From NCBI GenBank assembly GCA_903919065.1, contig CAIXHD010000293.1, forward strand, positions 1-61,634: a DNA stretch of 61,634 bases, written 5' to 3'. Positions 17,064 to 26,856 of the stretch are shown in pieces; position 1 is the stretch's first letter, and every line of letters starts with the position of its first letter. A model generated the notes under the pieces. The model had not been told where the DNA came from, ran no database searches, and saw only the letters and a list, made by a program, of their open reading frames with translations. The DNA comes from an uncultured Bacteroidota bacterium. Lineage in GTDB: Bacteria > Bacteroidota > Bacteroidia > Bacteroidales > UBA12481. Position numbers and translations under genes: made by a program.

Positions 17064-18602
17064 ATGAATAGGTATTTAGCCTCTTTTGGATTTTTCCTGG
17101 CTCTATTCGCTAAGATCTCTGCTCAGGACTTTTCTTATTTACCACTGGTTCAGGAAGGAACAGTACACCTTACTTTATTTGTTGAAAAAGTCGACAATCA
17201 ATCGGGACAGGTACACATTAATGGTTCCGACACCCGCCAACCCAACGTTCCTTTTTTATGGAACTTCGGTGATGGAACAGTAATACTCGGCTGGTTTCCA
17301 CAGGATCATACGTACAATGACAAAAGCAGGAACTATGTAGTAACCGTTTCATCGGACGGGGAAAGCGCATCCACTTTAATATTGTTTCGTGCACCGGAAT
17401 ATGTACCGGTAGAATTACCAAACCGATCACTTGTAATGGTTGAAACAAAGGAGCGGACTCTCATTTCCAGATGGTATGACCCTGTCGAGACAAGACGATT
17501 CAATCCTGAGGATTTCGGAGTTTTAAATAGGGAGTGCGTCCAACACGTTGCTTCAGCCATGGCAAATATCCAGCTGGAATACACCAATAATAAGGTCTGG
17601 TTTTGCGATAATCAATCATTCAACCAGATTATATATAAAGCCGGTACATCAGGGGGGTACTCCACCTGGTATACCAGTCCGCCGAGTTTTGCCGTTGGTT
17701 CAGACGCTTTTCGTAATCAAGTCTGGTGGAACACTTTATCACATGAAATGGGGCACAATATTTCGTTGAATTTCCCTTCTGCCTATCACATTGGAGGCCG
17801 GATTGATGGATCGGCAAATGCAATATATTCCGAAACGATGGCTCAGATATTAGGATTATGCACAGGCTATGACTTAATAAATCAAGCCAAACAATTTGGG
17901 CTATCGGATGATCTTGCTTATCTGCTCCGTGGTGAGTTTAACAATGGGTTCAGAATAGTAAGGGATGGTTACAGAAGCTATATTCAGAACCTCGCACCAT
18001 TTGTAAGCTGGAACGATCCATCAACGTTAGCCGACGAAACATTTGGGGTATTCATGACATTGGCGTTTGAGTTCATCAAATGGGCAGAGCAGTCGGATGA
18101 AAAAGTATCATGGTATGTTACACGATTAATGGATTTCTTTAGCTATTTCGATAAAAATTGGGAGGATCAGTACGATCGGAGTTCAAATTCTCAGGAAGGC
18201 AACTCTTTTAGATCGACTCTTATGGTAGCGGCATTCTCCTTCTCCTTTAAAGAAGATTTGAGGGATCATTACAGGGCATTGAATTTCCCAATAGACGACA
18301 AAGTCTATCTTGATCTGATGAATCAAGTCACTACCGGTTCGGAAGGGTTAAAAGTCTGGTCGGAAATTTCAGTCTATCCCAATCCAACATCCGATTTTAT
18401 TACTATTTCCGGGCTCCCCCGTGGCACAGAAGTAAAAGTTACTATCCGGGATCTCACGGGAAGGGAGATGATTTCGATGATTGCAGCTGAGCCATCGAAA
18501 CCATTGTCTATCGATTTTACCGGTTTTAAAGCGGGGATATATGTTGTTGGAATCTATGAATCAGAAAGAATTTTACGCTTTTTTCAGATCATAAAGGAAT
18601 AA
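17064..18602 (+). CDS. secreted zincin-like metallopeptidase with a PKD-like N-domain and T9SS CTD
   Basis: ATG at 17064 gives the signal peptide MNRYLASFGFFLALFAKISAQ. FLWNFGDGT is a PKD-like motif. HEMGHN is the zinc motif, with a downstream Glu in YSETMAQ. C-terminal VYPNPTSDFITISGL...GIYVVGIYESE matches a T9SS CTD. Confidence 0.6.
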   Translation: MNRYLASFGFFLALFAKISAQDFSYLPLVQEGTVHLTLFVEKVDNQSGQVHINGSDTRQPNVPFLWNFGDGTVILGWFPQDHTYNDKSRNYVVTVSSDGESASTLILFRAPEYVPVELPNRSLVMVETKERTLISRWYDPVETRRFNPEDFGVLNRECVQHVASAMANIQLEYTNNKVWFCDNQSFNQIIYKAGTSGGYSTWYTSPPSFAVGSDAFRNQVWWNTLSHEMGHNISLNFPSAYHIGGRIDGSANAIYSETMAQILGLCTGYDLINQAKQFGLSDDLAYLLRGEFNNGFRIVRDGYRSYIQNLAPFVSWNDPSTLADETFGVFMTLAFEFIKWAEQSDEKVSWYVTRLMDFFSYFDKNWEDQYDRSSNSQEGNSFRSTLMVAAFSFSFKEDLRDHYRALNFPIDDKVYLDLMNQVTTGSEGLKVWSEISVYPNPTSDFITISGLPRGTEVKVTIRDLTGREMISMIAAEPSKPLSIDFTGFKAGIYVVGIYESERILRFFQIIKE

Positions 18603-18607
18603 TCAGC

Positions 18608-21600
18608 GTGAGGTCGACTTTGGTCAAAATAGTAGGGATTGCATTGTTGCATCTGAGTTCCGCAGCATCCTATGGGCAGGAGATCAACATTACCTTTACA
18701 GCAGCCGATGAGGTTGTTACAATTGACAGTATAAAAGCCACAAATCTCTCGACGAATGAGAGTGTAACTCTTCCCGGAAACGCAACATTGGTTCTTAAAT
18801 CCGGCACTGGGATCAATGACATTCCTGATTCTCATTCCGGCGGGCTGTTATATCCAAATCCTTTCTCTGGCGTTACCTCCTTATTAGTGAGAACCCCGCA
18901 TTCCCAAAAGGTTGTTTTGAGGGTACAAAACATTCTTGGCGGGTTCTTAACCCAATCTGAAATTCAACTTGATCAGGGGGATCACCAATTTTCGTTTAAA
19001 GCAGGATCTGCAGGCATCTATTTAATCAGCCTCATAACGGAACATGGAACTTATTGTTACAAGGCAGTCAGTGATCAGGCAGCAGGCGCCGAAACCCGTA
19101 TTGATTATGTGGGACAGAAATCGATGGACCAGCCAGCCTTGAAAACATCAAAAAGTTCCTATTTACTTCCATATAAAAAAGGTGAGATTATATTATTCAA
19201 ATGTTATAGAGGAACTAATACAAGCATTGTAACTGATGCGCCAATCGCATCAAAAAATTATCTGGTCAGATTTCCGGCTTGCACCGACAGAGACCAAAGG
19301 AATTACCCGATTGTTACCATTGGCGAACAAACCTGGATGGCCGAGAATCTGGCGTTGCTGCCATCTGTCAGCAGCCCGCTTTACCGATCGTTGGGTATAC
19401 CGTATTATTATGTATACAACTATGAGGGAGTAAGCGTTAAGGAGGCCAAAGCAACAGCCAATTATTCCATTTACGGAGTTTTGTATAACTATGCTGCAGC
19501 CAAGGTGTCATGCCCCGACGGCTGGCATTTACCATCAAAAGCAGAATGGTCGCAATTAACTGATTATCTGGGCCCCTCCGCTAGCTTGGCACTCGCTGAA
19601 ACCACCCAAACCCATTGGACAAATGCACCTAGCACGGCAACAAATTCCTCTGGATTTACCGCACTTCCGGGGGGCAATACTGGCAACATCACTGGTTATC
19701 CTGATCAGAAAAATTTTTACGGTCTGGGCGAAACTGCAAACTTCTGGTCGGGCTCGGAAGAGCTTCATGAAATTATTAATTGGATTGGCACATCAGCCTG
19801 GTACTGCACCATCTCAACTTACGGATACGGATATGTTAACTGGACACTGATCAATTTTTGGATGACCACCCAAACTCATCACGTGAATACAAAAGGATAC
19901 GGATATTCGGTGAGATGCCTGCTTGGAGCTGCGGCAACAGTGACTACGACCCAAATCACCGGTATTACGTCAAATTCAGCCGAAGGTGGCGGTGAGGTTA
20001 CCAACGATGGTAATATCACTGTTACTTCCAGGGGAGTTTGCTGGTCAACTAATCAGAATCCAACAATTAATGATGCCAAAACCATTGACGGAAATGGTAC
20101 CGGACCATTCTCCAGTTCCTTGAAAGGATTGAATCCCAATACCACTTATTATGTCAGGGCTTACGCCGTGAATCCTGTTACAACCAGCTATGGTCAGCAG
20201 GTTTCCCTCAAGACAAACGCTGGCATACCAACAGTCACCACCACAAATGTTTTGACGATCGCCGATTCATCTGCGGTTACAGGCGGGACTGTCACCAACA
20301 ACGGAGGACTGGAAGTTACAGCGCGTGGGGTGTGTTGGTCCATTTTGAGGAATCCAACTATCGAAGGTACTGTTACATATGATGGTTATGGTAACGGCAC
20401 TTTTGTCAGCCAACTCACGCGTCTTATTCCAAAAACAGTTTACTACGTGAGGGCTTATGCCTCTAATAGCGAGGGAACAGGTTACGGAGAAGAGAAAGAA
20501 TTTAAAACAGCCGATGGCAGCATCTTATATGAAGGGAAGAGGTATGGCTTTAGAAATATCGGACATCAAAACTGGATGATTCAAAACCTGAACTACCTGC
20601 CAACTGTGTACCCGCCAACCAGCGGATCTGATATCTCACCCAGATATTACGTTTATGGTTACAATGAAACTAGTGTTAATAACGCAAAACAAACCGAGAA
20701 TTATTCCACTTATGGAGCCCTATATAATCTGGAAGCTGCAAAAATCGCATGTCCACCCGGGTGGTATCTTCCTGGTAATTCAGACTGGACTGAGCTAACA
20801 GATTTCCTTACTGCCAATGGATTTGGCTTCGGAGGTAATGGTACAGATATTGCAAAATCCATGGCAGCAAAATGGGGATGGCAACCTAGCCAGAAACAGG
20901 GAACCCCCGGAAACGACCTGGGCAGCAATGATCTCAGCGGATTTTCAGCTTTACCTGCCGGGTACCGAAGCAGCGAAGGGGAATTCTCAGGCCTTGGCTC
21001 TTACACACGTTTCTGGATAACCACGAATTCCGATGCCAACATTGTCCAGTCTCCCTGGCTCAGGCTTGATAATGATTATATTTCCATCAGTACGGGTATT
21101 AACAGTGATATAGCCGGTTCGGTCAGATGTGTCAAAGGGGGTACTTACCTTGCCAAGATAGCTACTTCCACGATTAAAGACCAGAGTGGCAGTTCCGCTA
21201 CAGGAGGAGGCACTATAATTGAAGATGGAGGAACAGAAGTAACAGGCAGGGGTGTTTGCTGGTCGACAAATAAACACCCGACAATCCGGGATTTCAAAAC
21301 TATTGATGGAAAAGGGACAGGTTCATTCTCCAGTGAGATCAAAGGATTGGGAGGCAATCAGGCTTATTACCTGAGGGCTTATGCTGTCAACTCCACCGGC
21401 ATAAACTATGGAGCACAGGAAGTTATTCTAACTTCCACCGGCCTCCCCACTGTAACTACGGCATATATCCGTTCGATCATTGATACTTCAGCAATATCAG
21501 GGGGCACGGTAAACAGTACTGGTGGATATAATGTTACTGCCAGAGGTGTTTGCTGGTCTGAAGCGGAGAATCCGACAATCTCAGGCAATTGCACCACCAA

Positions 21601-22357
21601 TGGTGTTGGAAGCGGTATTTTCACCAGTCAGATGATCAATCTTTCTGCCCATAAAACCTATTACGTTCGGGCATATGCCTCAAACAGCATGGGAACTGGT
21701 TACGGCAAAAATGTCAGGTTTACCACCGCAGATTCCAGCTTTAATTATGAAGGCAGGACTTACTATTATCAAACAATCGGCAGCCAGATCTGGATGACCG
21801 AAAACCTGGCTTACCTGCCATCGGTAAGCCTACCAACAAGTAAGTCTGAAACCGCCAAATATTATTATGTGTACGGGTACAGCGGCACCAGTGTGGAAAA
21901 TGCAAAAGCGACAGCTAACTACAAAACCTATGGTGTATTATACAATCGTCCTTCTGTTATGAATGGTGAACACAGCAGTTCTTTAGTGCCAAGTGGTGTG
22001 AGGGGCATTTGCCCTGAAGGTTGGCATCTTCCTTCTGATGGGGAATGGGATATACTGGCTGAATATTTGGGTGGAAAAGATATTGCCGGTGGAAAAATGA
22101 AAGAACCCGGAAACAACCACTGGCAATATCAGAATGAAGATGCCACCAACGAAAGCGGATTCTCAGCCATTCCCAGTGGTGGTAATTTTGCCTATACTGA
22201 TTTCCGGGATTTAGGATTAGTCGCAAGTTTCTATTCCGCAACTGATGAGGACAAAAACTGGAATTGGTGCTGGATGCTAGGTTACCAGAATAGCAAGCTG
22301 GATTATTATACTGGTTCCAGAACAGACGCATACTCGGTACGTTGCATTAAAAACTGA
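18608..22357 (+). CDS. 1249-aa surface protein with three FISUMP domains, four GVCWS/Fn3-like modules and an N-proximal T9SS-CTD-like module
   Basis: GTG start 5 nt after the preceding stop, then a signal peptide. Residues 80-154 resemble a T9SS CTD. The three FISUMP domains carry GEQTWMAENL, GHQNWMIQNL and GSQIWMTENL, each with YG-LYN, CP-GW(H/Y)LP, GF(T/S)A(L/I)P and SVRC. They are separated by two pairs of ~85-aa modules of the form (T/A/G)RGVCWS..NPTI...YYVRAYA.N..G.GYG. Confidence 0.85.
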   Translation: MRSTLVKIVGIALLHLSSAASYGQEINITFTAADEVVTIDSIKATNLSTNESVTLPGNATLVLKSGTGINDIPDSHSGGLLYPNPFSGVTSLLVRTPHSQKVVLRVQNILGGFLTQSEIQLDQGDHQFSFKAGSAGIYLISLITEHGTYCYKAVSDQAAGAETRIDYVGQKSMDQPALKTSKSSYLLPYKKGEIILFKCYRGTNTSIVTDAPIASKNYLVRFPACTDRDQRNYPIVTIGEQTWMAENLALLPSVSSPLYRSLGIPYYYVYNYEGVSVKEAKATANYSIYGVLYNYAAAKVSCPDGWHLPSKAEWSQLTDYLGPSASLALAETTQTHWTNAPSTATNSSGFTALPGGNTGNITGYPDQKNFYGLGETANFWSGSEELHEIINWIGTSAWYCTISTYGYGYVNWTLINFWMTTQTHHVNTKGYGYSVRCLLGAAATVTTTQITGITSNSAEGGGEVTNDGNITVTSRGVCWSTNQNPTINDAKTIDGNGTGPFSSSLKGLNPNTTYYVRAYAVNPVTTSYGQQVSLKTNAGIPTVTTTNVLTIADSSAVTGGTVTNNGGLEVTARGVCWSILRNPTIEGTVTYDGYGNGTFVSQLTRLIPKTVYYVRAYASNSEGTGYGEEKEFKTADGSILYEGKRYGFRNIGHQNWMIQNLNYLPTVYPPTSGSDISPRYYVYGYNETSVNNAKQTENYSTYGALYNLEAAKIACPPGWYLPGNSDWTELTDFLTANGFGFGGNGTDIAKSMAAKWGWQPSQKQGTPGNDLGSNDLSGFSALPAGYRSSEGEFSGLGSYTRFWITTNSDANIVQSPWLRLDNDYISISTGINSDIAGSVRCVKGGTYLAKIATSTIKDQSGSSATGGGTIIEDGGTEVTGRGVCWSTNKHPTIRDFKTIDGKGTGSFSSEIKGLGGNQAYYLRAYAVNSTGINYGAQEVILTSTGLPTVTTAYIRSIIDTSAISGGTVNSTGGYNVTARGVCWSEAENPTISGNCTTNGVGSGIFTSQMINLSAHKTYYVRAYASNSMGTGYGKNVRFTTADSSFNYEGRTYYYQTIGSQIWMTENLAYLPSVSLPTSKSETAKYYYVYGYSGTSVENAKATANYKTYGVLYNRPSVMNGEHSSSLVPSGVRGICPEGWHLPSDGEWDILAEYLGGKDIAGGKMKEPGNNHWQYQNEDATNESGFSAIPSGGNFAYTDFRDLGLVASFYSATDEDKNWNWCWMLGYQNSKLDYYTGSRTDAYSVRCIKN
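19930..22354 (+). repeat. internal ~1.2-kb coding duplication (two GVCWS modules plus one FISUMP domain, present twice)
   Basis: Unit 1 spans about 19930-21135 and unit 2 about 21140-22354. Both have the same domain order and clearly related sequence (e.g. VTSRGVCWSTNQNPTINDAKTIDGNGTGPFSS versus VTGRGVCWSTNKHPTIRDFKTIDGKGTGSFSS). Confidence 0.7.
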
Positions 22358-22364
22358 ACACCAT

Positions 22365-23534
22365 ATGAAAAAGATTTTTACCATTTGGATTGGCTTTCTA
22401 TTGACTGGCAGCCTCCAGGCTCAAACCGGCCTTCAATTCGCCGATGGTTTGGTTCATGGCATATACCGAACCTATTTGTTATATGTACCACTCTCTTATG
22501 TTCCAGGTAAGGCTGTCCCTCTGTTAATCAGCCTCCATGGTTTCACAGAAAGTGGTGAATACCAAAACTCATTGGCCAATTTCAGGCCCATCGCTGACAC
22601 AGCCAATTTCATCATAGCCATGCCTGACGGACAACCAAATCCACAGATGTATAATTACATTGGCTGGAATATATTCCCGATAAGTTCCGGGGTTGACGAT
22701 CCGGGATTTCTGAAGAAACTTATCGATAAGTTAAGCACCGAATATTCAATTGATGCCAACAGGGTCTATTTCACCGGCCACAGCTCTGGCGCCATTATGA
22801 GCTATGAGCTTGCTTGTTCCATGAGTGACAGAATTGCTGCTATAGCACCTGTAAATGGGTTCATGTTTCCGTCCTTTGTCAGCAGTTGCTCACCAAAACA
22901 TCCCGTCCCGGTAATAGAGATTCATGGGACCGCCGATCCGGTAAGAAACTGGAATGGAGAAGGCCCGGTTACCCAAGCGGTCAACATGGATACTTTAATC
23001 AGTTATTGGGTCCGATTCAACGGCTGCTCTCCAGTTCCAAAACTGGATACACTACCCAACATCAATACCTCCGACTTTTCCTGGGTCCAGCACTACACCT
23101 ATTCGGGAGGAAGGTTTGGAAGCTCTGTTGAGCTCTACAAAGTTATTAACGGCGGACATACCTGGCCTGGAAGCTCCGTTTTGGAACCCTATGGAAACAC
23201 TAACAAGGATTTTAATGCCTGTGCCGTCATCTGGCGTTTCCTTTCTAAATACCGTCTCAACAGGCTCAATAATATCGATGAAATACAAACTGCGGCTGAA
23301 CCGTTTTTGGTATTCCCAAGTCCGGTTAACAATGTATTGACTATTCAAGCCATGGGTTCGGCAGCCATCAGGAAAATACAGATATATACTATTCTGGGAC
23401 AGGAAATGCTTCAGATAAATGATCCGGTTACCCCAAAATCCGTTTCGCTGGACACTTCCATCTGGGAAAAAGGAATATATGTGATTCGGGTTACTGACGG
23501 GACAAATTCATTTCCATACCGAGTGATTAAATAA
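22365..23534 (+). CDS. secreted esterase of the PHB-depolymerase/LpqC-like family with T9SS CTD
   Basis: Signal peptide. PLLISLHGFTESG, the nucleophile elbow GHSSGA, and HGTADP. C-terminal FLVFPSPVNNVLTIQ...GIYVIRVTDG matches a T9SS CTD. Confidence 0.7.
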   Translation: MKKIFTIWIGFLLTGSLQAQTGLQFADGLVHGIYRTYLLYVPLSYVPGKAVPLLISLHGFTESGEYQNSLANFRPIADTANFIIAMPDGQPNPQMYNYIGWNIFPISSGVDDPGFLKKLIDKLSTEYSIDANRVYFTGHSSGAIMSYELACSMSDRIAAIAPVNGFMFPSFVSSCSPKHPVPVIEIHGTADPVRNWNGEGPVTQAVNMDTLISYWVRFNGCSPVPKLDTLPNINTSDFSWVQHYTYSGGRFGSSVELYKVINGGHTWPGSSVLEPYGNTNKDFNACAVIWRFLSKYRLNRLNNIDEIQTAAEPFLVFPSPVNNVLTIQAMGSAAIRKIQIYTILGQEMLQINDPVTPKSVSLDTSIWEKGIYVIRVTDGTNSFPYRVIK

Positions 23535-23563
23535 GAATCCCTGGATCAAAAATCAAGAATTTA

Positions 23564-24058
23564 TCAGCCCCAATCTTCCCCACCAAAACCCTTGATCAGA
23601 CTTGAAAGAATTCCATTTTTCAGATCTGTGAGTATATCTGTTCTGGCCAGTTTTGATGCGCCAAAATAATCGGATTGAAGCCTCTTTACCAGAGTGTTTT
23701 TGGTAGAATTACTCAATTCTTTCCAGGCAGTAAGGCTGGCTCCGGAAAGGATTTTCGCATATTCAGCATTCAGGCTTTTAAACTCGCTTTCAATTTTATC
23801 GATCAGACTTTGAGGGGCTACTCCAGCAGACTCCTTAATAAACTCTAATAACTGGTTTCCGGTGGCAGCCATCACTTTTTCTAAGGCAAGAACATCTGGC
23901 TTGGTGAACTTATTCTCTTTGGCCAATTTTAGCTGTTCGGTATTCATTCCGGTGAAAACGGTTTGAAGACTTTGTTTGGTTTGAGCCTGCCCTGTGAACA
24001 GAGAGATGCTCAACACTAACAAAACAAGTAAGGAAGCTTTTTGTGTTTTCATTTTCAA
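23564..24058 (-). CDS. hypothetical secreted helical protein
   Basis: Signal peptide MKMKTQKASLLVLLVLSISLFTGQAQ. No recognisable motif. Confidence 0.5.
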   Translation of the reverse strand: MKMKTQKASLLVLLVLSISLFTGQAQTKQSLQTVFTGMNTEQLKLAKENKFTKPDVLALEKVMAATGNQLLEFIKESAGVAPQSLIDKIESEFKSLNAEYAKILSGASLTAWKELSNSTKNTLVKRLQSDYFGASKLARTDILTDLKNGILSSLIKGFGGEDWG

Positions 24059-24160
24059 TTGTTTGAATCGAAGTAAGGATTAATTCCATGCATAAACAAA
24101 TCAATCTAAATCGAAAATAAATTTCAGATTCTGTACCTTGCATCCCTAAATCGATTAACC

Positions 24161-25039
24161 ATGAAAAACAGACGCGACTTCTTAAAACAGACTTCCCTGA
24201 TTATTGCAGGCGGCCTGATAGCTCCAAAGGTATTCAGCTCCGATATGATGCTCCCGATATCCGGAAAAAACATCGGCCTGCAGCTCTATTCCCTGAGAGA
24301 TATGATCAATAAATCGGGAATTCAGACCACCTTGGAAGCTGTGGCAAAAATCGGGTACAAAAACCTGGAAGCTGCCGGATACAGTGATGGAAAGCTTTAC
24401 GGATTGGATCCCGCAGATTTTAAGAAAAGAGTCGATGATCTGGGAATGAAGTTTACGAGCTCACACGTCGGTCATAATTACTCAAAGGCAACCCATGACG
24501 AAGTGATGGCCTGGTGGGATAAAACCATTGAAACACATCATACCGCCGGTGCCAGTTATATGGTTCAGGCATCGATGCCTGTTGGCGAAAAAAGTAAAAT
24601 CGAAGACCTTCAGCTCTATTGTGAATATTTCAGCATGGTTGGCAAAAAAACAGCAGCTGCCGGCATCGCATTCGGTTACCACAACCACACTTCGGAATTT
24701 AAGAAAATAGGCGATCATGTTATCCTCGATTATATGCTTGATAACGTTGATAAGAAGGATGTATTCTTTGAACTCGATGTATACTGGTGTCAGGAAGGCG
24801 GCGCCAATCCTGTGGATTATCTGAGAAAATACGGTGGACAGTTCAAATTAACGCACATCAAGGATGAAAAAGAAATTGGTGCAAGCGGTAAAATGGATTT
24901 CAAATCGATTTTCAAGCAAATGAAAGCAGATAAAATAAAAGACTGGTACGTTGAGATAGAGCAATACACGCATAACGATGCTTTAGCCAGCGCTAAGGAA
25001 AGCTTTGAATACCTGGATAAATCAGGATTCAAAATGTAG
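24161..25039 (+). CDS. sugar phosphate isomerase/epimerase (xylose-isomerase-like TIM barrel) with a Tat-type signal
   Basis: NRRDFLKQTSLIIAGG twin-arginine signal. GYHNH and ELDVYW metal-ligand-type motifs of the AP-endonuclease-2/XylA-like TIM barrel family. Confidence 0.75.
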   Translation: MKNRRDFLKQTSLIIAGGLIAPKVFSSDMMLPISGKNIGLQLYSLRDMINKSGIQTTLEAVAKIGYKNLEAAGYSDGKLYGLDPADFKKRVDDLGMKFTSSHVGHNYSKATHDEVMAWWDKTIETHHTAGASYMVQASMPVGEKSKIEDLQLYCEYFSMVGKKTAAAGIAFGYHNHTSEFKKIGDHVILDYMLDNVDKKDVFFELDVYWCQEGGANPVDYLRKYGGQFKLTHIKDEKEIGASGKMDFKSIFKQMKADKIKDWYVEIEQYTHNDALASAKESFEYLDKSGFKM

Positions 25040-25066
25040 ATTATCAGGTTCCTCTGCCTTTAATGC

Positions 25067-25074
25067 TACCTTTG
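25067..25074 (+). promoter_or_regulatory. Bacteroidota -7 promoter motif (TAnnTTTG)
   Basis: TACCTTTG sits 16 nt upstream of the helicase ATG at 25091. Confidence 0.3.
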
Positions 25075-25090
25075 CGGAAAATAAAGGTGA

Positions 25091-26434
25091 ATGAGCTCTT
25101 TTGAAGATTTAAATTTATCGAAGCAATTACTGGCTGCCGTTGTTGAGCTGGGATTCGAAAGCCCAACCCCAATCCAGGCCGAGGCTTATTCAGTTGTTCT
25201 ATCGGGCAAAGACCTGGTGGGTATCGCCCAGACAGGCACAGGCAAAACGTTTGCCTACGTGCTTCCCCTGTTAAGAGATCTTAAGTTTTCGAAGGATATC
25301 CCCCCGAAAGTGTTAATTCTTGTTCCTACCCGCGAACTGGTTGTGCAGGTTGTGCAGCAAATACAAAGCCTGACTAAATACCTTAATGTGAGGGTTCTGG
25401 GTGTTTTTGGCGGGGTTAATATTAATACGCAGAGACAAAACCTTGCTGAAGGTACCGATATCCTTGTCGCTACTCCCGGCCGGCTGTATGATCTGGCTGT
25501 CAATGGAGCCTTGCTGTTAAGAAACGTGAAAAAACTGGTCATCGATGAGGTGGATATCATGCTTGATGAAGGGTTTCGTTTTCAGCTGACCAACATCTTC
25601 GATCTTCTGCCAAAATCAAGGCAGAATATAATGTTCTCTGCAACGATGACGGAGGAGATTGATTCCCTGATAGAGGACTTTTTTAAAGCACCCGCCAAGA
25701 TTTCAATCGCCCTGAGTGGCACTCCGCTGGAAAATATTTCGCAAACGGCTTACCCGGTCCTCAATTTCAATACTAAAATCAATCTGCTGAAACTCTTTCT
25801 GGCCGATAAAGATGAGTATAAAAAGGTGCTGGTTTTTGTCTCCACCAAAAGCTTTGCAGACAGGCTGTTTACTTCATTGGAAGAGGATCTGGGATCGGAA
25901 TGTGATGTTATCCATTCCAATAAAACTCAGAATTTTCGACTGAAAACCGTCCAGCATTTTGAAAAGGGAAAAAGCCGGATTCTGATTGCCACCGATCTCA
26001 TGGCGCGTGGACTCGACTTTGAAAAGATCACACACGTCATCAATTTTGATACACCTTCATTCCCGGAAAACTATATGCACCGGATCGGCAGAACCGGTAG
26101 GGCAACGCATCCGGGTAAATCGATCCTGTTTTTCACCGAAAAGGAGGAAGCAGCAAAAGCAGCCATCGAAACATTGATGGATTATAAGATTCCGGTGGTT
26201 GAATTTCCGGAAGAGGTTGAAATAAATCAGGAACTGATTCCCGAGGAGCGCCCCAAAAGCATGATGCCCAACCCGCACCGGAATCAGAAATTAGAGGTAA
26301 AGGGTGCATCTTTCCATGAAAAGAGCTGGAAGAACACAAAGACCAATCAGGGTGGCTCCTATTTGAGAAAAGGGAAGGTGTACACCAAACCTAAAACCAA
26401 GGGCGACAAGATCGCCAACCGGAAAAGAAAATAA
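25091..26434 (+). CDS. DEAD-box ATP-dependent RNA helicase (RhlE-like) with a basic C-terminal tail
   Basis: Q motif FESPTPIQ, motif I AQTGTGKT, motif Ia PTRELV, motif II DEVD, motif III SAT, motif VI HRIGRTGR. Lys/Arg-rich tail. Confidence 0.9.
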   Translation: MSSFEDLNLSKQLLAAVVELGFESPTPIQAEAYSVVLSGKDLVGIAQTGTGKTFAYVLPLLRDLKFSKDIPPKVLILVPTRELVVQVVQQIQSLTKYLNVRVLGVFGGVNINTQRQNLAEGTDILVATPGRLYDLAVNGALLLRNVKKLVIDEVDIMLDEGFRFQLTNIFDLLPKSRQNIMFSATMTEEIDSLIEDFFKAPAKISIALSGTPLENISQTAYPVLNFNTKINLLKLFLADKDEYKKVLVFVSTKSFADRLFTSLEEDLGSECDVIHSNKTQNFRLKTVQHFEKGKSRILIATDLMARGLDFEKITHVINFDTPSFPENYMHRIGRTGRATHPGKSILFFTEKEEAAKAAIETLMDYKIPVVEFPEEVEINQELIPEERPKSMMPNPHRNQKLEVKGASFHEKSWKNTKTNQGGSYLRKGKVYTKPKTKGDKIANRKRK

Positions 26435-26448
26435 TATCGGGTTAGGAT

Positions 26449-26757
26449 TTATTTGAGGTTATGCTTTTTGTAGATCTTGCCTCTCAGTAAAACTGTCTTC
26501 AGCACTTCGGCAGATTCTTCAGAAAGAGAATTAAGAAAGTTGGCTTTCTCCGTTTGATTTAGAAGATCGTTAGTTCCTGGCACTTTTGAGAGAGCAATTA
26601 AGGTTTCATCTTCCTCTGCAATTTCTTCCAGGACATTTTCAATGTATGATTTAAGATTATAGCCTTCATTTACCGCAATAATCCTCAAACGCTTCTCTGT
26701 TTCAGGGCGCAATTCTATTATCTTTTTTTTCCTGGATATTCCTGCTTGGGTTTTCAT
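26449..26757 (-). CDS. small hypothetical protein, possibly ribbon-helix-helix-like
   Basis: 102 aa. RKKKIIELRPETEKRLRIIAVNEGYNLKSYIENVLEEI resembles an RHH/antitoxin-like N-terminus. No partner toxin gene is adjacent. Confidence 0.35.
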   Translation of the reverse strand: MKTQAGISRKKKIIELRPETEKRLRIIAVNEGYNLKSYIENVLEEIAEEDETLIALSKVPGTNDLLNQTEKANFLNSLSEESAEVLKTVLLRGKIYKKHNLK

Positions 26758-26856
26758 TATTATTTCAATTTACTTAAAGCTATTAATATATACCATATAT
26801 ATTATATATACGCTACTAATGCTAAATATTTATGTTTTTGTCAGTATTATTGCAGG

